64,000 nucleotides of DNA from Pavona decussata (taxonomy: Eukaryota): positions 5,270,001 through 5,334,000 of the forward strand of contig CDRNST010000020.1 in the NCBI GenBank assembly GCA_977016875.1, given 5' to 3'. Positions 1-11,900 of this stretch are shown here, in pieces. How positions within the stretch are numbered: position 1 is the stretch's first letter; each line of letters begins with the position of its first letter. A model generated the notes under the pieces. The model was not told where the DNA came from and searched no databases. It was given only the letters and a program-made list of their open reading frames with translations. The translations under genes and the position numbers were made by a program.

Positions 1-845
1 TGATCCAATTTGGCCCATCAAAGTCCACTGAGGCTTATATGCAACAGAGTGGTCGCTGTGGATGGAGTGGAGAGGAAAGTGATGCTCTGCTGTTTTACAA
101 TGGCATCAATGTCAAGGTGGCAGATTCAGACATGAAGAATTACATCAAGGCAGCCACCTGTCGCAGGAGGTTACTTCTTAATCATTTTGGTGTGCAAACG
201 TGTCAGTCTGACAGTCCAACTGGACGTATATGCTGTGATATCTGTGCTGAATCACGTCAGCGTCAAGGAGGAAATTGTTGTATGGATTTGCACCTGCACA
301 CCATGATGGATGACACTGAGAGATCAAGAGTCATTTCAAATGAACAGGTTTCAGAGTTGAAAAGAAGGCTGAATACATTGCGTAAAACAATTGTTTCAGA
401 GGCTATTGCTTTAAAGGAGCAACATCATGCTCCAATTTTTGGTTGCCCCACAAAACTTTAAGAATTTGTAAATGATCAAGTTAAGAAGTTATGTGGACAA
501 TGCAGAGCATATCTTTTTTATCTCCAGTGTGCTGAAGTATGTTGACATCTGGCAAAGAAAGCATGTAGCTTCTGTTTTGATGTTTTGATAATTCTTCAAT
601 CAATTATCAATGATGTTGAGGAACCAATGAGTGATTCAGACTCTGAGTAGGACTATTTTGAACAAAGTAGTGATGCGTGGGTGGACTTGGTCAATGATCA
701 ATCCTTCTTGGAGTTACTAGACCAGTCTGAGTGGTGTGTTGACTCTGTGGTTGATGATGAGGCCCTTGATAATATGTATGAAGATGAGCCAGCATATCCA
801 GAGTTCTTGGACAGTATCATCAGTGATATGAACATGGAATGAATT
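1..845 (+). pseudogene. RecQ-like SF2 helicase C-terminal part (AcademH helicase gene remnant)
   Basis: ORF 39-461 and its upstream frame give ..STEAYMQQSGRCGWSG (RecQ motif VI, cf. YxQESGRAGRDG) followed by a RecQ Zn-binding segment CRRRLLLNHFG..ICCDIC. An acidic degenerate tail with stops follows. Confidence 0.75.
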
Positions 846-892
846 TATTAAAAAATTATCATCAACTTTAATAACTGCTATAATAACTTGAC

Positions 893-999
893 TAGCCCGC
901 GAATGCAGCTGTGTCTCATTGCTACCGGCTCCCGTGGGGCATGTCATCTCTCTCGCAAGAGGGCCAGGAGTGATGAGAAGGGGCTGTATTCACAGGCCA
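893..999. mobile_element. Small MITE with TAG-start terminal inverted repeats
   Basis: tagcccgcgaatgcagc at 893 is an imperfect inverted repeat of gctgtattcacaggcca ending at 999. Confidence 0.5.
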
Positions 1000-1039
1000 T
1001 CATACATTGGTTTTGTTGCAATAGCTAATTAGCATTCTG

Positions 1040-1268
1040 GGACGGTTGTTCAAAAAGGCTGGTTCATGCTAATCCAAGATTAAAAATTAACCAAGAAATT
1101 TATTTCTCTATCCCCAAATGTTGTTCAACACTGATCTTATGCAACTTTTAGATAAGAGGGAAGAGGTCAATCTTGAAAAACGAAAAGCAGCAAAACAAAC
1201 TTTCAACCAAAAGTTAAAAAACAAAAACCAAGTTGAATTAAGGTAATTGGCTTTTGAACAACTGGGCC
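1040..1268. mobile_element. PIF/Harbinger-type MITE with 3-bp CTG TSD
   Basis: ctg|ggacggttgttcaaaa ... ttttgaacaactgggcc|ctg. Confidence 0.6.
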
Positions 1269-1329
1269 CTGTGTAGCATTATAAACTTTCTGTTAATTTC
1301 AACTGAGCTGTTGAAACACGAGACTTTTA

Positions 1330-4300
1330 ACATAAAAACTGCTGTGTCTTTTCTTAAAATACTAAGTCAGCGTGCCTTGCGGCCAATCTGTAGCTTATGC
1401 GAATCCCTCAAGTGTGATTCTGGGGAGTCCTCTGAAATGCTTGTATTGCCTTCCAGATGTTTCAGTTAGTGCATCTACCTGCATCAGTTGGTTCACAAGC
1501 TTTACCAGATCATTGTGCGTAGTTTTCACAAAGTGCTTTCCCGATCTCTTCATCAAACTGCATTCCCTTGCCACACTTTGCACTGTTCCTCTTGCGACAG
1601 GGAGCATCCTAGCACAGCGTGTCACTGCTGCACATGTTAGATTGGGCCCAAGCTTTCGAATACCTTCTTTTATGGAGTTGTTATCATGTTCAACCTCGAG
1701 GTCGAGGGGAACATTCTTACCATTTCCACCATTATTATTCACACCTCTATTCCAATGCTGGCGATAAGCTTGCTGTGCACTAAGCAGAGCTTGTTGCTGC
1801 AGTTGGAGGTAGAGTGCTTCAACAGTATACTTGGTACTTCCCCTATCTGCATAGAATTGTAGGAGGAGGAACCTCCAGCAGCTCATAATACGGTCTCCAT
1901 CCTCTTCTGCAATAGCATCAGTAAGATTCATGTAGAGAAGACTGTGGTCCATTAGGTTACACTAGTAATTTAACATGTCATCAGACTCCTCATTTGGGGA
2001 AGTTGAGGATTCTGCAGACTCTTGGTTATTTTCCATGATGAGGCCATGAGGTGTTCGCTCATGATTGCGACGGTGCTGACTGTCATTCCTATAAAATTGA
2101 TTAAGTAGAGTCACTTAATTATTGAGTATTTATATGGGAAGTGCCCATTTATGATAGGTGGAATGCATAAGCTATGTATGAACAAATGGGCATTGCTGTA
2201 GCTGCTTCAATTTGTGGTGTCTCCAGTTATGAAAAGTTTCTCATAAAAGATTTCTAAGGAAATGGCCAGGAACATTATTTCTGGATCTGATAATTATAGG
2301 AACAACAATGATTTTTTTGTTTCAAAGGAGACCATGTCATATTATTGATAGGTGTTTTTCAATGCAGTCCTGTAAACTTTCAGTATAATAACCCTATTAC
2401 ATTATATAAGATGAATATAACTACATGGGAAATAAATATTGTCATAGTTAATATAATACATTTACTTTGACATGTATTATCACCTGAATGATAGTCTATA
2501 GCATACATGTACATGTCAATTGCAGGAGGCAGAATGACGGTACGAAATGAGGAAAACTTATGCAATGAGAGACAGTTGTATTTGTAGGGTACGTTGTAAC
2601 ACAATACGCCTTTTGATACTGGGCAGGGTAATTTCTAAAAAAGACCAAAGGATTTTCAAACTTCTGAGTTCAAACTTTTGTCTGTGACAGTGTATTCATA
2701 AATCCCCTTTATTAACCTGAATGTTTTGTTGCATCCACTTTGTCTGCAAGGAAAACGACCATCAGGAGTCATCTGGGCTTGACGTTCTTGTTTGTTGTCA
2801 TGATCTTCAAGAATACGATCAACAATATCATTGTATAACTTGTCATCCGCAATAAACTTATCAACAATATGTGAGGCTAACTTTCTAAGGTACAAGCGTT
2901 TCATGGTTTTGTCTGCGCGTGATTCATCTTTAGGGTCGTGGTTGGCAGTTGGAGAGAACACCATCAAAGATCTTAGCATGGAAGAAGGCCTTGGGGGTAT
3001 CACTCGGCAACTTCAACCAGGATCGTACAACCGCCCTAATGGACCAGTCTAGCCACTTCAAGTACTTCTTACTAGTCGAGGTCAATACCAACTGGTGGTA
3101 TAAGGCTGGAATGAGATTGTTGGTGAGGACAAAGAGACGTTGCTGGGGCTTAAGGGGGGCTAGGGATATGTTCCCTAACCCCTCGTTAAGCTTGCCAGCC
3201 ATGTCCGCCCTCATTCTCATCGGAGAGAGAGGAACCCCCAGGTATCTCTGAGTATCAGCGTCACCTATTGCAGGAATCGGTTGCCCGAAAACCTGCAAAT
3301 GGGGATGTGAGTTGACAATCCACATCTTCCTCTTGCCATCAACGTCAATCCGCAGACTGGCTGACTTTCCATCCAGCCCCGCACTAACTTCCAAGCCACT
3401 GAGCTAAAACTCAGCAGCAAGGTCGTCGAGCAGGTGCTGGAGGCTGCATGATGTCCCTGCGATCAGCGCAATGTCGTCTGAGAATGCTCCGGCATTAGTC
3501 TCGCCTCCTTAACCATTACACCAAGCTCAGGATCGAGGCAGTCCAGTGCCCAGTCAATAGTAGCGTTGAAGAGGTGGACAGCAAGAGAATTGCCCTGTCT
3601 CACCCCTCGCAACACCCTGATAGGCTCACTGCGGTCAGGGCCAATGCGTAGGCATGTCCAGGCATCCCCGTAGAGCTTGCCCAGATAGCCCAACAAAGGG
3701 GGTGGTACACCCATCCTCCCAGTAGCGAGCAAGAGACTCTCATGGCTCAGAGAGTCAAAGGCCTTCTTAATGTCAAGAGAGGCGATGTTAAGTGGTCGGA
3801 GATGCAAATGCCTCTTGTTGCTCCCTGTAGAGGCAACTGTATTCACAAGTCATTTAAGGCAGAAATGTTACAATGCAAATACCTTTCCGATTTTGCGGAA
3901 TGTGTGCAGTCACAACATCTTCGCAGAAAGAAAGACAGGGTATTTCGTCTGCCATTACTCTCTCAATGAGGAGTATATAATTTCCCCTCTGGGACATATG
4001 TTCCGGGACACTATGAATGACTTTATAGTTGTCTAGGTCCAAAACAGAGTCACAAAGTGGCTTGTCATCTGGCAAGTGATTACCAGAAATCCGCTTTGTA
4101 ACTTACACGTGATTGATCCAGTGGTGATCTTTGTTTTGATTGTCCTCTGTCATTTCCCTGACTTTCTGGAAAATGTCAATGTTATCAAAAGCAATTTTCC
4201 ATCCAGGCCCAATCTCTTTTGGTGTAACAATACTGCCAGGACTGCTTCTCAGTGGCTCTCTACAAACTGATGTGTCAGTGTTCAAGCCTCCATGTAAAGT

Positions 4301-5020
4301 AGATGAAACTGCTGGTAGAGTGTGAAATGAGGCACTGTCATCACATGGTAGTTGGCAGTACAATATTGATTTGTCACTTCAGATGAAGACCTCTGAGCTG
4401 GGGAAATCTGTCCCACAGTAGGGGCAAACTTTCTTCCTGAAACAAATCTTTCCCGATGCATGAAGCAAGAACTGCCTCATCGTTTTTCTTCTGGCAAACC
4501 ATTTTGGCATTATATAACAGGCCAAACTCATCAGCTTTCTTATTATAAAATGAAGGTGAGACAATGCAGAAAGGATTTTGGAGTTCTACTTCAGTAAGAA
4601 CAACATTATTTTGAACATTTTTTCTTCAAAGCAAACAAACGTCTTCATGACACTTACATGGAAGCCAGTGTACTTGATCAGGGTTGTTACCATCAGGTGC
4701 ACCGTATTCATGTTTCGACAGCACTGCTTCAATACAACAGATGCTGCCACCACCACACTAGGCAGCCACATGTCTTCGTTCCTTCTTTTATTACGGACTG
4801 GGGTGGCTGCTGTCATCAGAACAGAGTACAATAAGCTGGCCTTCTTCAAAGACAGGTCTTGGATCTCTGCAGCAGATGTTTTCCTGAGCAATGAAGGATT
4901 CTTTGCAGAGACCGTGGCACAGCACTCTTTTCCATTTTCTTTGAGAAACAGCTTCACCCGTTCCAGTCTCAAATCTTTTACTTCAAATGCTGCTCGTGCA
5001 ATATCGCTCCAAGTCTTTGC
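1330..5020 (-). mobile_element. AcademH-like DDE transposase (DUF6589-type), multi-exon, degenerate
   Basis: Minus-strand exons include WKIAFDNIDIFQKVREMTEDNQNKDHHW (first catalytic D, 4103-4363), DAIAEEDGDRIMSCWRFLL..KYTVEAL..NRGVNNNGGNGKNVPLDLEVEHDNN (1395-1952) and a C2H2-like FPCRQSGCNKTF. It is convergent with the RecQ-like helicase, as described for AcademH. Confidence 0.7.
2955..3810 (-). mobile_element. R2/NeSL-clade non-LTR retrotransposon RT fragment
   Basis: ASLDIKKAFDSLSH, RGVRQGNSLAVHLFN, (A)FSDD, RYLGV and the R2-like thumb APLKPQQRLFVL..PALYHQLVL..WLKLPSDTPKAFFHA..DG. Higher GC than flanks; frameshifted. Confidence 0.8.
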
Positions 5021-5026
5021 ACTAAC

Positions 5027-5320
5027 CGTTAAAAATCTTGACAGCAAACTTGGTTGCTTTCTTTGTGTTTTCTGGAACGGCATTATGAATTATTTGGTGG
5101 ACTTCTGAGGGCATCACTCGTTTTAAGCGCTCTACCATTTTTTCTCCCCTACACGCAAAATTACATATATTGCAGGATATCTGTTACATGCGGACGACGA
5201 ATATCAAGTGTGCATGCCTGCATGTGTCACTGACTGAAAAATAATATATCTGCACATACTGTATTGGCTTAAGGCATAACCGCACTTCTTAAAAAACAAA
5301 CAGTCAATAATTATTGCAAT
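5027..5320 (-). mobile_element. Crypton-like tyrosine recombinase (DUF3504 family) 5' end and first exon
   Basis: ATG at 5138 gives MVERLKRVMPSEVHQIIHNAVPENTKKATKFAVKIFN, then a GTTAGT donor. NTKKAT.(W/F)AV..F is typical of Crypton/DUF3504 N-termini. Confidence 0.5.
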
Positions 5321-6683
5321 ACCAAGAGGTCAGTGAAGAGAAAAGGCTGTTCAAGGGCTGACAGCTACTGAGAAACATACAATAAACTTAAGACTGACAT
5401 CTGGTTTGCTATAGTTAACCTACAAAAATGCTTTGTATTAAATTCATTTTTCATAGATCTGCCTCCGAATCCAAAGTTTCAAGGGATCACAGAGTCTGAT
5501 AATGAAACAACAGTTAATTCCAGAAGTATTCAGCATTCATAAACACTTATGTACACAAGTAAATCTTCTTTGGCCAGAAAAATGACTGCAAACATTCAAA
5601 GTTTTTTTTTTTAAGCAAAAACATTTGTTGTAGAAAGCTTTGGTATAGACAAGCCATGTCGATCATGTAGGTGGAGCTCGAAGCTCAATTGACTTATTTA
5701 ATGAGTTTTTCTTTGCTGGAACTAATTATTCATGATGTAAAAATTATTTCAAAATTTGCATTACTGTCTGTGACACATCATCCTGTCTTCACACAGCACT
5801 CAGAGGTTGTTTGTGGTTGTCTAACAGCCCAAGATGAGCCACCAGGTGCAGGCCTGTCTGAGGCGTCTCCAACCCTTCTTGGCTTTAGCATCTGTTTAGC
5901 ATATTTGTCCATGTTCTCCGTGTAGGCCCTATCTAACCTTGTTTTCAGATTAGTGAGGGCTGTTCGCTGCAGCTTCCTTGTTAGGTAGCCAGCCGAGTGC
6001 TGGTTTTTATCTTCTGTAATAGGGTCCTCAACTTCTTCATACTCTTACTCCTCGCTGCCCATGTAGTCCACGTACAGGCAGTTGTCACATGACTTCTGGT
6101 ATAGCAGTGCCATGATTTCAACTTGTCAAAACCAAACAGATGCCTTTCCAATTTCTGATGATAAAAGTAAACAGTAGTTGTTTCATTTTTTTCAAGTGCT
6201 TACAGTATATGTTTGATTGAATTAAAAATAAAATCCTACAAAATTAAGTTACACTACACAACTGCAAGCAGAATAATGAAAGGGAAAAAAATCAAAAACA
6301 CAAAATTGCCAAACCAAATGGTACTGGAAAAAAAAATTGCACCCCAGCAGTACAATAAGTGCTGTTCTATGTTTGTCAAGCACACTTGCATCTAGGGCAA
6401 AATTAAGTGCACATGGGTGGAGCCCTTAATTAATTGAAATTAGAGATAAAATATTTTAATAAAACTTGAGCTTAAGAGATGCCTTATTCTCCTGCAGCTT
6501 TCTTTGTATCAACTGATACCACTTTTCCCAATTCAATCCCACCACTGGAAAACATTCCACTGATTGTTGAACAACTTCTACTTTGTATTGGTCGTCACTA
6601 TCACAGGCCAACAAATCTCCGAGTGGGTCAGCTCCTTCATATCATTTGGTCAATCTTCACGACGCTGGAAATCTTATTATAAA

Positions 6684-7240
6684 GATATTTGATAAGGAGC
6701 CCACATCACAAATGTGGTTTTCAGAGGGGTCCTGTATGGGATAAATTACAATATAATAAAATGCCTAAATAGTGAAAGCTAAGAATTGAAAACATTAAAA
6801 AATAGAATTCAAACAATGGGCATAAAAATGGAAAATTCCAGAAACACTCCTAATATGTCTTTTAAAAGCTGGAATGTCGAGTATTTTTAACTTCATCAGA
6901 TAAGATGTTCCAGTCATCAGAAGTTTGTTAAATAAAACGGTTTTGGCCCCAAGAGTAACGTGATTGGGGTTTACAAGTGTTGCTTGTAATTCGAGTGTTG
7001 TAATTGTGAGTGTCTTTATACCTATGAAACCATTTCCAGTCAACAAAACGGTTTAAAGCCTTTAAAAACAATATCAATTTATGACATCTTTTTGTCAAGT
7101 CATCCCAGCCAAACTGATCAAGCACCTCGGTAGCAGATGAATGCTTTGTCATATTGAGAACAAGTTTAGCAGCTAAATGTTGCAGCACTTGGACTTCTTC
7201 ATCAGAGTCAAATTAGCTTTGTCTCCCCACTTGACATCTA
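6684..7240 (-). mobile_element. L2/CR1-group LINE 3' fragment
   Basis: LQHLAAKLVLNMTKHSSATEVLDQFGW..THNYNTR is a typical post-RT C-terminus. A 3' UTR follows, ending near 6684. Confidence 0.7.
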
Positions 7241-7874
7241 CCAAATAAAGTCAATGTTCCACATCAAAACAATTGCACGTGCTCAGTACATCAAGGCCCG
7301 CTGGTGGCAGAGTCTCTAGATTATCTTCATTGCTCAGGCCCGTAGCAAGGCTAAAACCACTGGGGGGGGGCCAAGCAAAATGGTTAAACAAAGCTACACC
7401 TCCCTCCCCCGTCAATTAAAAAAACAGACCGATTAATTAGGGAGTTAAAGATGTAATAAGAACGCCAAAAAAGCAGTAGATTTAGTAAGCAAAGCAATAA
7501 CTTTGCGCATCACAGTTTTTGGTACGTTTATTTGATGTCACTGTACGCGGACTAACATGTCAAATTGACTAATTTCGCGTTTAAAGGAGGACGTAGAAAG
7601 ACGACGAAAAATTATCCTTTCTCTTTTTCAGTGAACTTGGAATCGGGCAGTAAGAATCCGCCTGAAGGAGAATTTGCCCTAACATTAAGAAGAAAAAAAA
7701 TAGCAAGTTAGAATTATCGTGATGAAGTTTAAAAGAACGCGAATTCTCTTTATAGATAAATTATAAATGTTTTCGCTTCCATCACGTCGTCTTATCTTTA
7801 ACTCCCTACTAAAAAATACAAATCGGTCATAAGGCGTACAAGCTAGGATTCATGTTACATAGACATACTTCTGT

Positions 7875-10340
7875 TCACAATGCCACAGTTTGTGTCGACT
7901 TTGTCGAAAAGGACACTTTTATGGGGATATCGTATGTTGAAAATGTACCAAAAAACTGCTTCCTGTTTGCTTTTTCTCCGAGAAAGTTGTTGGCAACATC
8001 CACCAGATTTAAAACATCAGTTTTATCTTTATGGAGGTGGAGTATCATCAGATGGTTTAGTCTGGAATCGCCGGTTGTTGCACGCAAGTACGTTTTCACT
8101 CGCTTTAATGCGGAAAAGGATCGCTCACTAACTGCATTTGTTGCTGGCATCACCAGTATCAGCTTTCCCAGGATGCAAACCTCGCTCAAAATAATTTTGC
8201 TTGAGCTATCAAGGGATTGATAAAAGGACACCAGATCAGCGACGTCAAACTTCGAAGTATCATATCCCATTGACTCTGCAATCTGTGGTAATAATCGCAG
8301 CTGTCCTTCCAACTTGTACGAATCCACATCTTCTCCATACGTATTGACCACTTCAGCTAACTCAGTCTCGTATGGCTCAGAGGAAATTGACTTTAAAATT
8401 AGCTCCTGGATGTTCTGGTAGATTTTTAAATCCTTCTGGTCAAATCTCGATGTAATGAACTGCGTTGTAGTATCTATCGCTGCATAATAGATTTCTCTGT
8501 AGTGGTCTTTTGGGGCTTCAGCAAAGTGATGTGTATCCAGTGCTCCAATCTCTAGCCTTGACAATGCCTTTCGCTTCCTGGGCAACTTGGGATCTTCAAT
8601 TTTCTGAATTTCGCTTGTTTTGCGCTGCAAAATTCAAGACCAAAATAGTTCAAATGAGGCTTCATTCCGATCTTTTAATAACGTTTTCACCACGTCATGG
8701 GCAAGCCGGTTACCCTGAGCTGCTGAAGTGGATGAATTTTGCAAGGCGCGACTCAGATTGTCGGTTTGCTTGAGCAGCCGCTCTCCCAAAGAACAACCGA
8801 AGTAAAAATTAAAACTGTTCATCATGCTTTGAACACCTCGGATTCTCGCTTTCATTTCAGTGTCCTTTAACACAGTTAGCGACCAGTCCCACAGTTCCAT
8901 GAGTTCAGTATGATTATTAATGACCGCTGCTAGCGCTTTGCCCCGCACAGTCCATCTTGTAGTGCAAAATGCGTGTACACCGCGTGACTCATTTCTAGTT
9001 TCGGCTCTTATTGTGTCCAGCTTTGTATTCCTTTGCGGAGAATTTTTAACCAATTTGCCAATTTCCCTAACTGTCTCGAGTGAATCGCTGATGCATTCAA
9101 CGGATTTGATGGCATCGGCGACGGCCAGGTTTAAGGCATGTCCATAACAATGTGTGTACAAACATTTCTCGTTGATATTCTCGATTTGCGTAGCTACTCC
9201 AGTTTTTTCGCCTGCCATTGTTGCTGCACCATCGTAACACTGACCACGACCGCGCTGGATGTTTACATTCATTCTCAGTAAAGTATTCTTCAGTACTGCC
9301 ACTACCTGATCTGCAGTTGTCCTTTCTAAGGGATGCATTCCAATGAAGTCTTCGTGTACAACAAAAGATTCATCGACCCAGCGAATGCAAATTACTAACT
9401 GCTCCTTGTAAGATACATCCGCAGTTTCGTCAGCCATGATTGTAAAAAATGTCGCATTCTGAATGTCCGTCGATATTTGACGCAGAACCCCTAAAGCCAT
9501 CTCCTCTAGCATCTCATTTTGAATTACTGGGGATGTGAATTTGTCACCTTGCTTCTGAAGCCACTCTAGAATCTCTGGGTTTTCCTGAGAACGTTGTTTC
9601 AGCAACTGATGAAAATTGGAGTTTTCTTCACTTGCCGTCTCAGAGACCCAGTTTCCTCTTAAGGGCAATGCCTGTCGAGCTAAATACCTGATGTTTGATA
9701 GGATGGTTAGGAAAATCTTTTTATTCTTTCTCTTCTCTAGTGATTGCTGTTCAGATATTAACTCTCCGATATCACCACGCGCTGTTGAAGGTACCGTGAC
9801 ATACCTCGCCATTGCTTCCAAATGTGCGTCAGATGATTCGTGCCTGTGAAATCCCTTTTTCGTGTCAGTGGCATTTTTCCAGTTGCTAAAGCCATTCCGT
9901 GCAAATGCTGGATCTGCGTTCAAGGACGTCGGCGTGTTGTTTTCAAGTGCTTTTAAGCAGATATGGCAAAAAACTACATCTCTAGTCTCATCGTAATGTA
10001 GCCACTTGTATTGTTCAAACCATGCTGGCTGAAATGACCTCTTTGTTAGCTTCTTACTGCCAAATGTCTTCGCTGGGAATTTAAAATTCTTAGGCTGATT
10101 TGGGCTTTTAGATGCTATATAGACTTGATCCAACGGACCCGATTTACTTTTTATTTCCTCCTGATAACCAGCAGACGTGCTTGCTGTCAGATGCGCTTCA
10201 TTTTCTTGTTCCTCCTCTGTCATTTCATCACCTCTTTCACTTCCTGCTGCAGTGGTACATGTTTTAGCCCAAGATAAAATGGTTTTCCGTCGGCAAAGAA
10301 CCAGTTTAAGTTTCTTTTTCTGTGGCTCTTGAGAGGACAT
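7875..10340 (-). pseudogene. hAT transposase (ZMYM1-like: TTF Zn finger, DUF4371, hAT dimerisation domain) with one in-frame TGA
   Basis: RSFQPAWFEQYKWLHY..FCHIC, IMADETAD..EQLVICIRWV, GQCYDGAATMAG, HCYGHALNL, TRW, MPATNAVSERSFSALKRVKTYLR. ORFs 8634-10367 and 7875-8630 are in frame, separated by TGA at 8634-8636. Confidence 0.92.
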
Positions 10341-10635
10341 AATTATTTGTGTGGCTTTCCACAACACGCGAGCACTAAATTGTTATAAAATAAGGCTATT
10401 TATATTGCTATCAATGCGTGGACGTCTTAGAAAACAAGTAGTTTATTTCAACAGCTTTAAGGCTTGAGATTGGTTGATTTCGATCCATTTTGGTTCATAT
10501 TTCCTGGTCGCAAGGAAGGAGTGCTTTTGTTGCTGTTGTATAAAAACCAAATGTTAGCGGAGAAAACTGTCAAACAAATTATTAAAGGTTGTGTTTCGGC
10601 ACTTTTAGCGACAGAATTCAAGATTGATTGCTTCA

Positions 10636-10637
<2 letters not shown>

Positions 10638-10673
<36 letters not shown>
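10638..10673. repeat. (TTA)n microsatellite inside the hAT element
   Basis: Perfect tta run visible. Confidence 0.9.
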
Positions 10674-10674
<1 letters not shown>

Positions 10675-11574
10675 TCTTTTTTGTTTTATTATTTATTTTT
10701 TGGCATATTGTTTTTTACACTTCCAAAAATTCTGGGGGGGCTCAAGCCCCCCCCTGCCGCTCCCCCTGCTACAGGCCTGTTGCTTGTGATGAATTTGGGA
10801 TAGACGACTTCTACTGGTGGAGCTTTAATAATCTCAAAATTCCACACGAGCACACATTCGTAGTAGGGGCCATATAGTTCTCTTGGATCTGTGAACTATA
10901 CAAAAACAAAATTCACGACCCCATCAGTACACTTGTGATATTTTGGTCAAACGCAAAATATGAACAAGAAATTACCAAGGAAATGAGAGCTTTCTTAACC
11001 TGACCTTTAAGGCCTACCTGGATCAACGTCTTTAGGTGTAGTTTCTGAAGTTAGACTCGACCCGACAACGTCATTTGATGAACTTAACAGTCGAGGCGAC
11101 AAAATAATGTGAGAAGGTAATGTAAAATATAAAGCAGATTATGATTATCCTCAACTTGTATCTTAAGGGTCATACAGGGGTATTTTTTTGATGTGTGATT
11201 AGCTGATTTCATTTTCCGTGAAATTTGAATTTAGAAAATGATTCTTAGTGATCCGTGACCACGAGGTTTTGCGTGACCCATGAAGAACTTGAATAAGTAG
11301 TCTATATTCGTGATTTTACCATTCTATTCTCTGTGGTTTTGAGATGTAAGTCTTCCGAATGGTTAGAGTCGTCTACCAAGAATGATTTAGATATACTATT
11401 TGGACTTAGCCTTTCACGAATTTCGCTTTCTTCAAGCACTCCCTTTAGCGTAACAACAGGTTATTAAAAAAAGGTTTTCTTACTTTCTTGTTTTCCTGAT
11501 TCTGGAGGCAAAATATTTATAAAAGTCGCTGAACTCTAGAGTTCTTGCATGTCCTCGAAAATCGCATAACCTTA

Positions 11575-11900
11575 TGCATCTCTACTAATCATAAATCTTC
11601 AATCCTCTACTCTACTAAATCATATCACGCTACTCGACCATCTACTCTACCAAACACATGCATCTCTACTCTTCTCATCTCTACCAAACAAAACCAGACG
11701 CATCTCTACTCGACTCGACTCGACTTGACTCAACTCACACAACTTTACTCTCTTCTCTACTCGAATCAAAGGCAGTCATGCCTTGTCTCATCTCCACTCC
11801 ACTATATGTTACCTCCCCTCAACTCTACTAAAAGCAAACAACCTGACTGACTCGACTCTACCAAAAAACACCTAACTTTACATAACTCGACTGACTCGGC
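11575..11900. repeat. Degenerate (CTCTA/CTCGA)n pentanucleotide simple repeat
   Basis: Recurrent tctactctac / actcgactcgac units. Confidence 0.75.

Larger units (their letters stand above)
7335..10779 (-). mobile_element. hAT DNA transposon, near full length, TIR-bounded, 5-bp TSD (ttgct)
   Basis: TIRs caggcccgtagcaagg (7335) and cctgctacaggcctg (10779). ttgct occurs at 7330-7334 and 10780-10784. Confidence 0.9.
5780..11085 (-). pseudogene. Degenerate multi-exon gene (transposon accessory type, C14orf93-like C-terminus) split by L2 and hAT insertions
   Basis: Exon-like pieces at ~11085-11027, 10885-10780 + 7329-7255 (frame open across the hAT empty site), ~6680-6470 and ~6110-5780 (YMGSEE..LKTRLDRAY..RRVGDASDRPAPGGSSWAVR). 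Contains in-frame stops. Confidence 0.35.

Noticed and set aside
39-461. Host RecQ orthologue (BLM/WRN/RECQL)
   Set aside because: Degenerate motif VI, downstream stops and pairing with an Academ-type transposase favour transposon cargo; no gene symbol assigned.
1372-1767. Plus-strand ORFs over the Academ transposase, and similar antisense ORFs over hAT and BEL (e.g. 59656-60102)
   Set aside because: Shadow frames of real coding sequence on the other strand, with no motifs of their own.
10464-10877. 137-aa ORF with poly-Leu, resembling a membrane protein
   Set aside because: The poly-Leu comes from a (TTA)n microsatellite, and the ORF crosses the hAT terminus.
11545-11850. 101-aa Ser/Thr/Leu-rich ORF
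   Set aside because: Translation of a degenerate pentanucleotide repeat.
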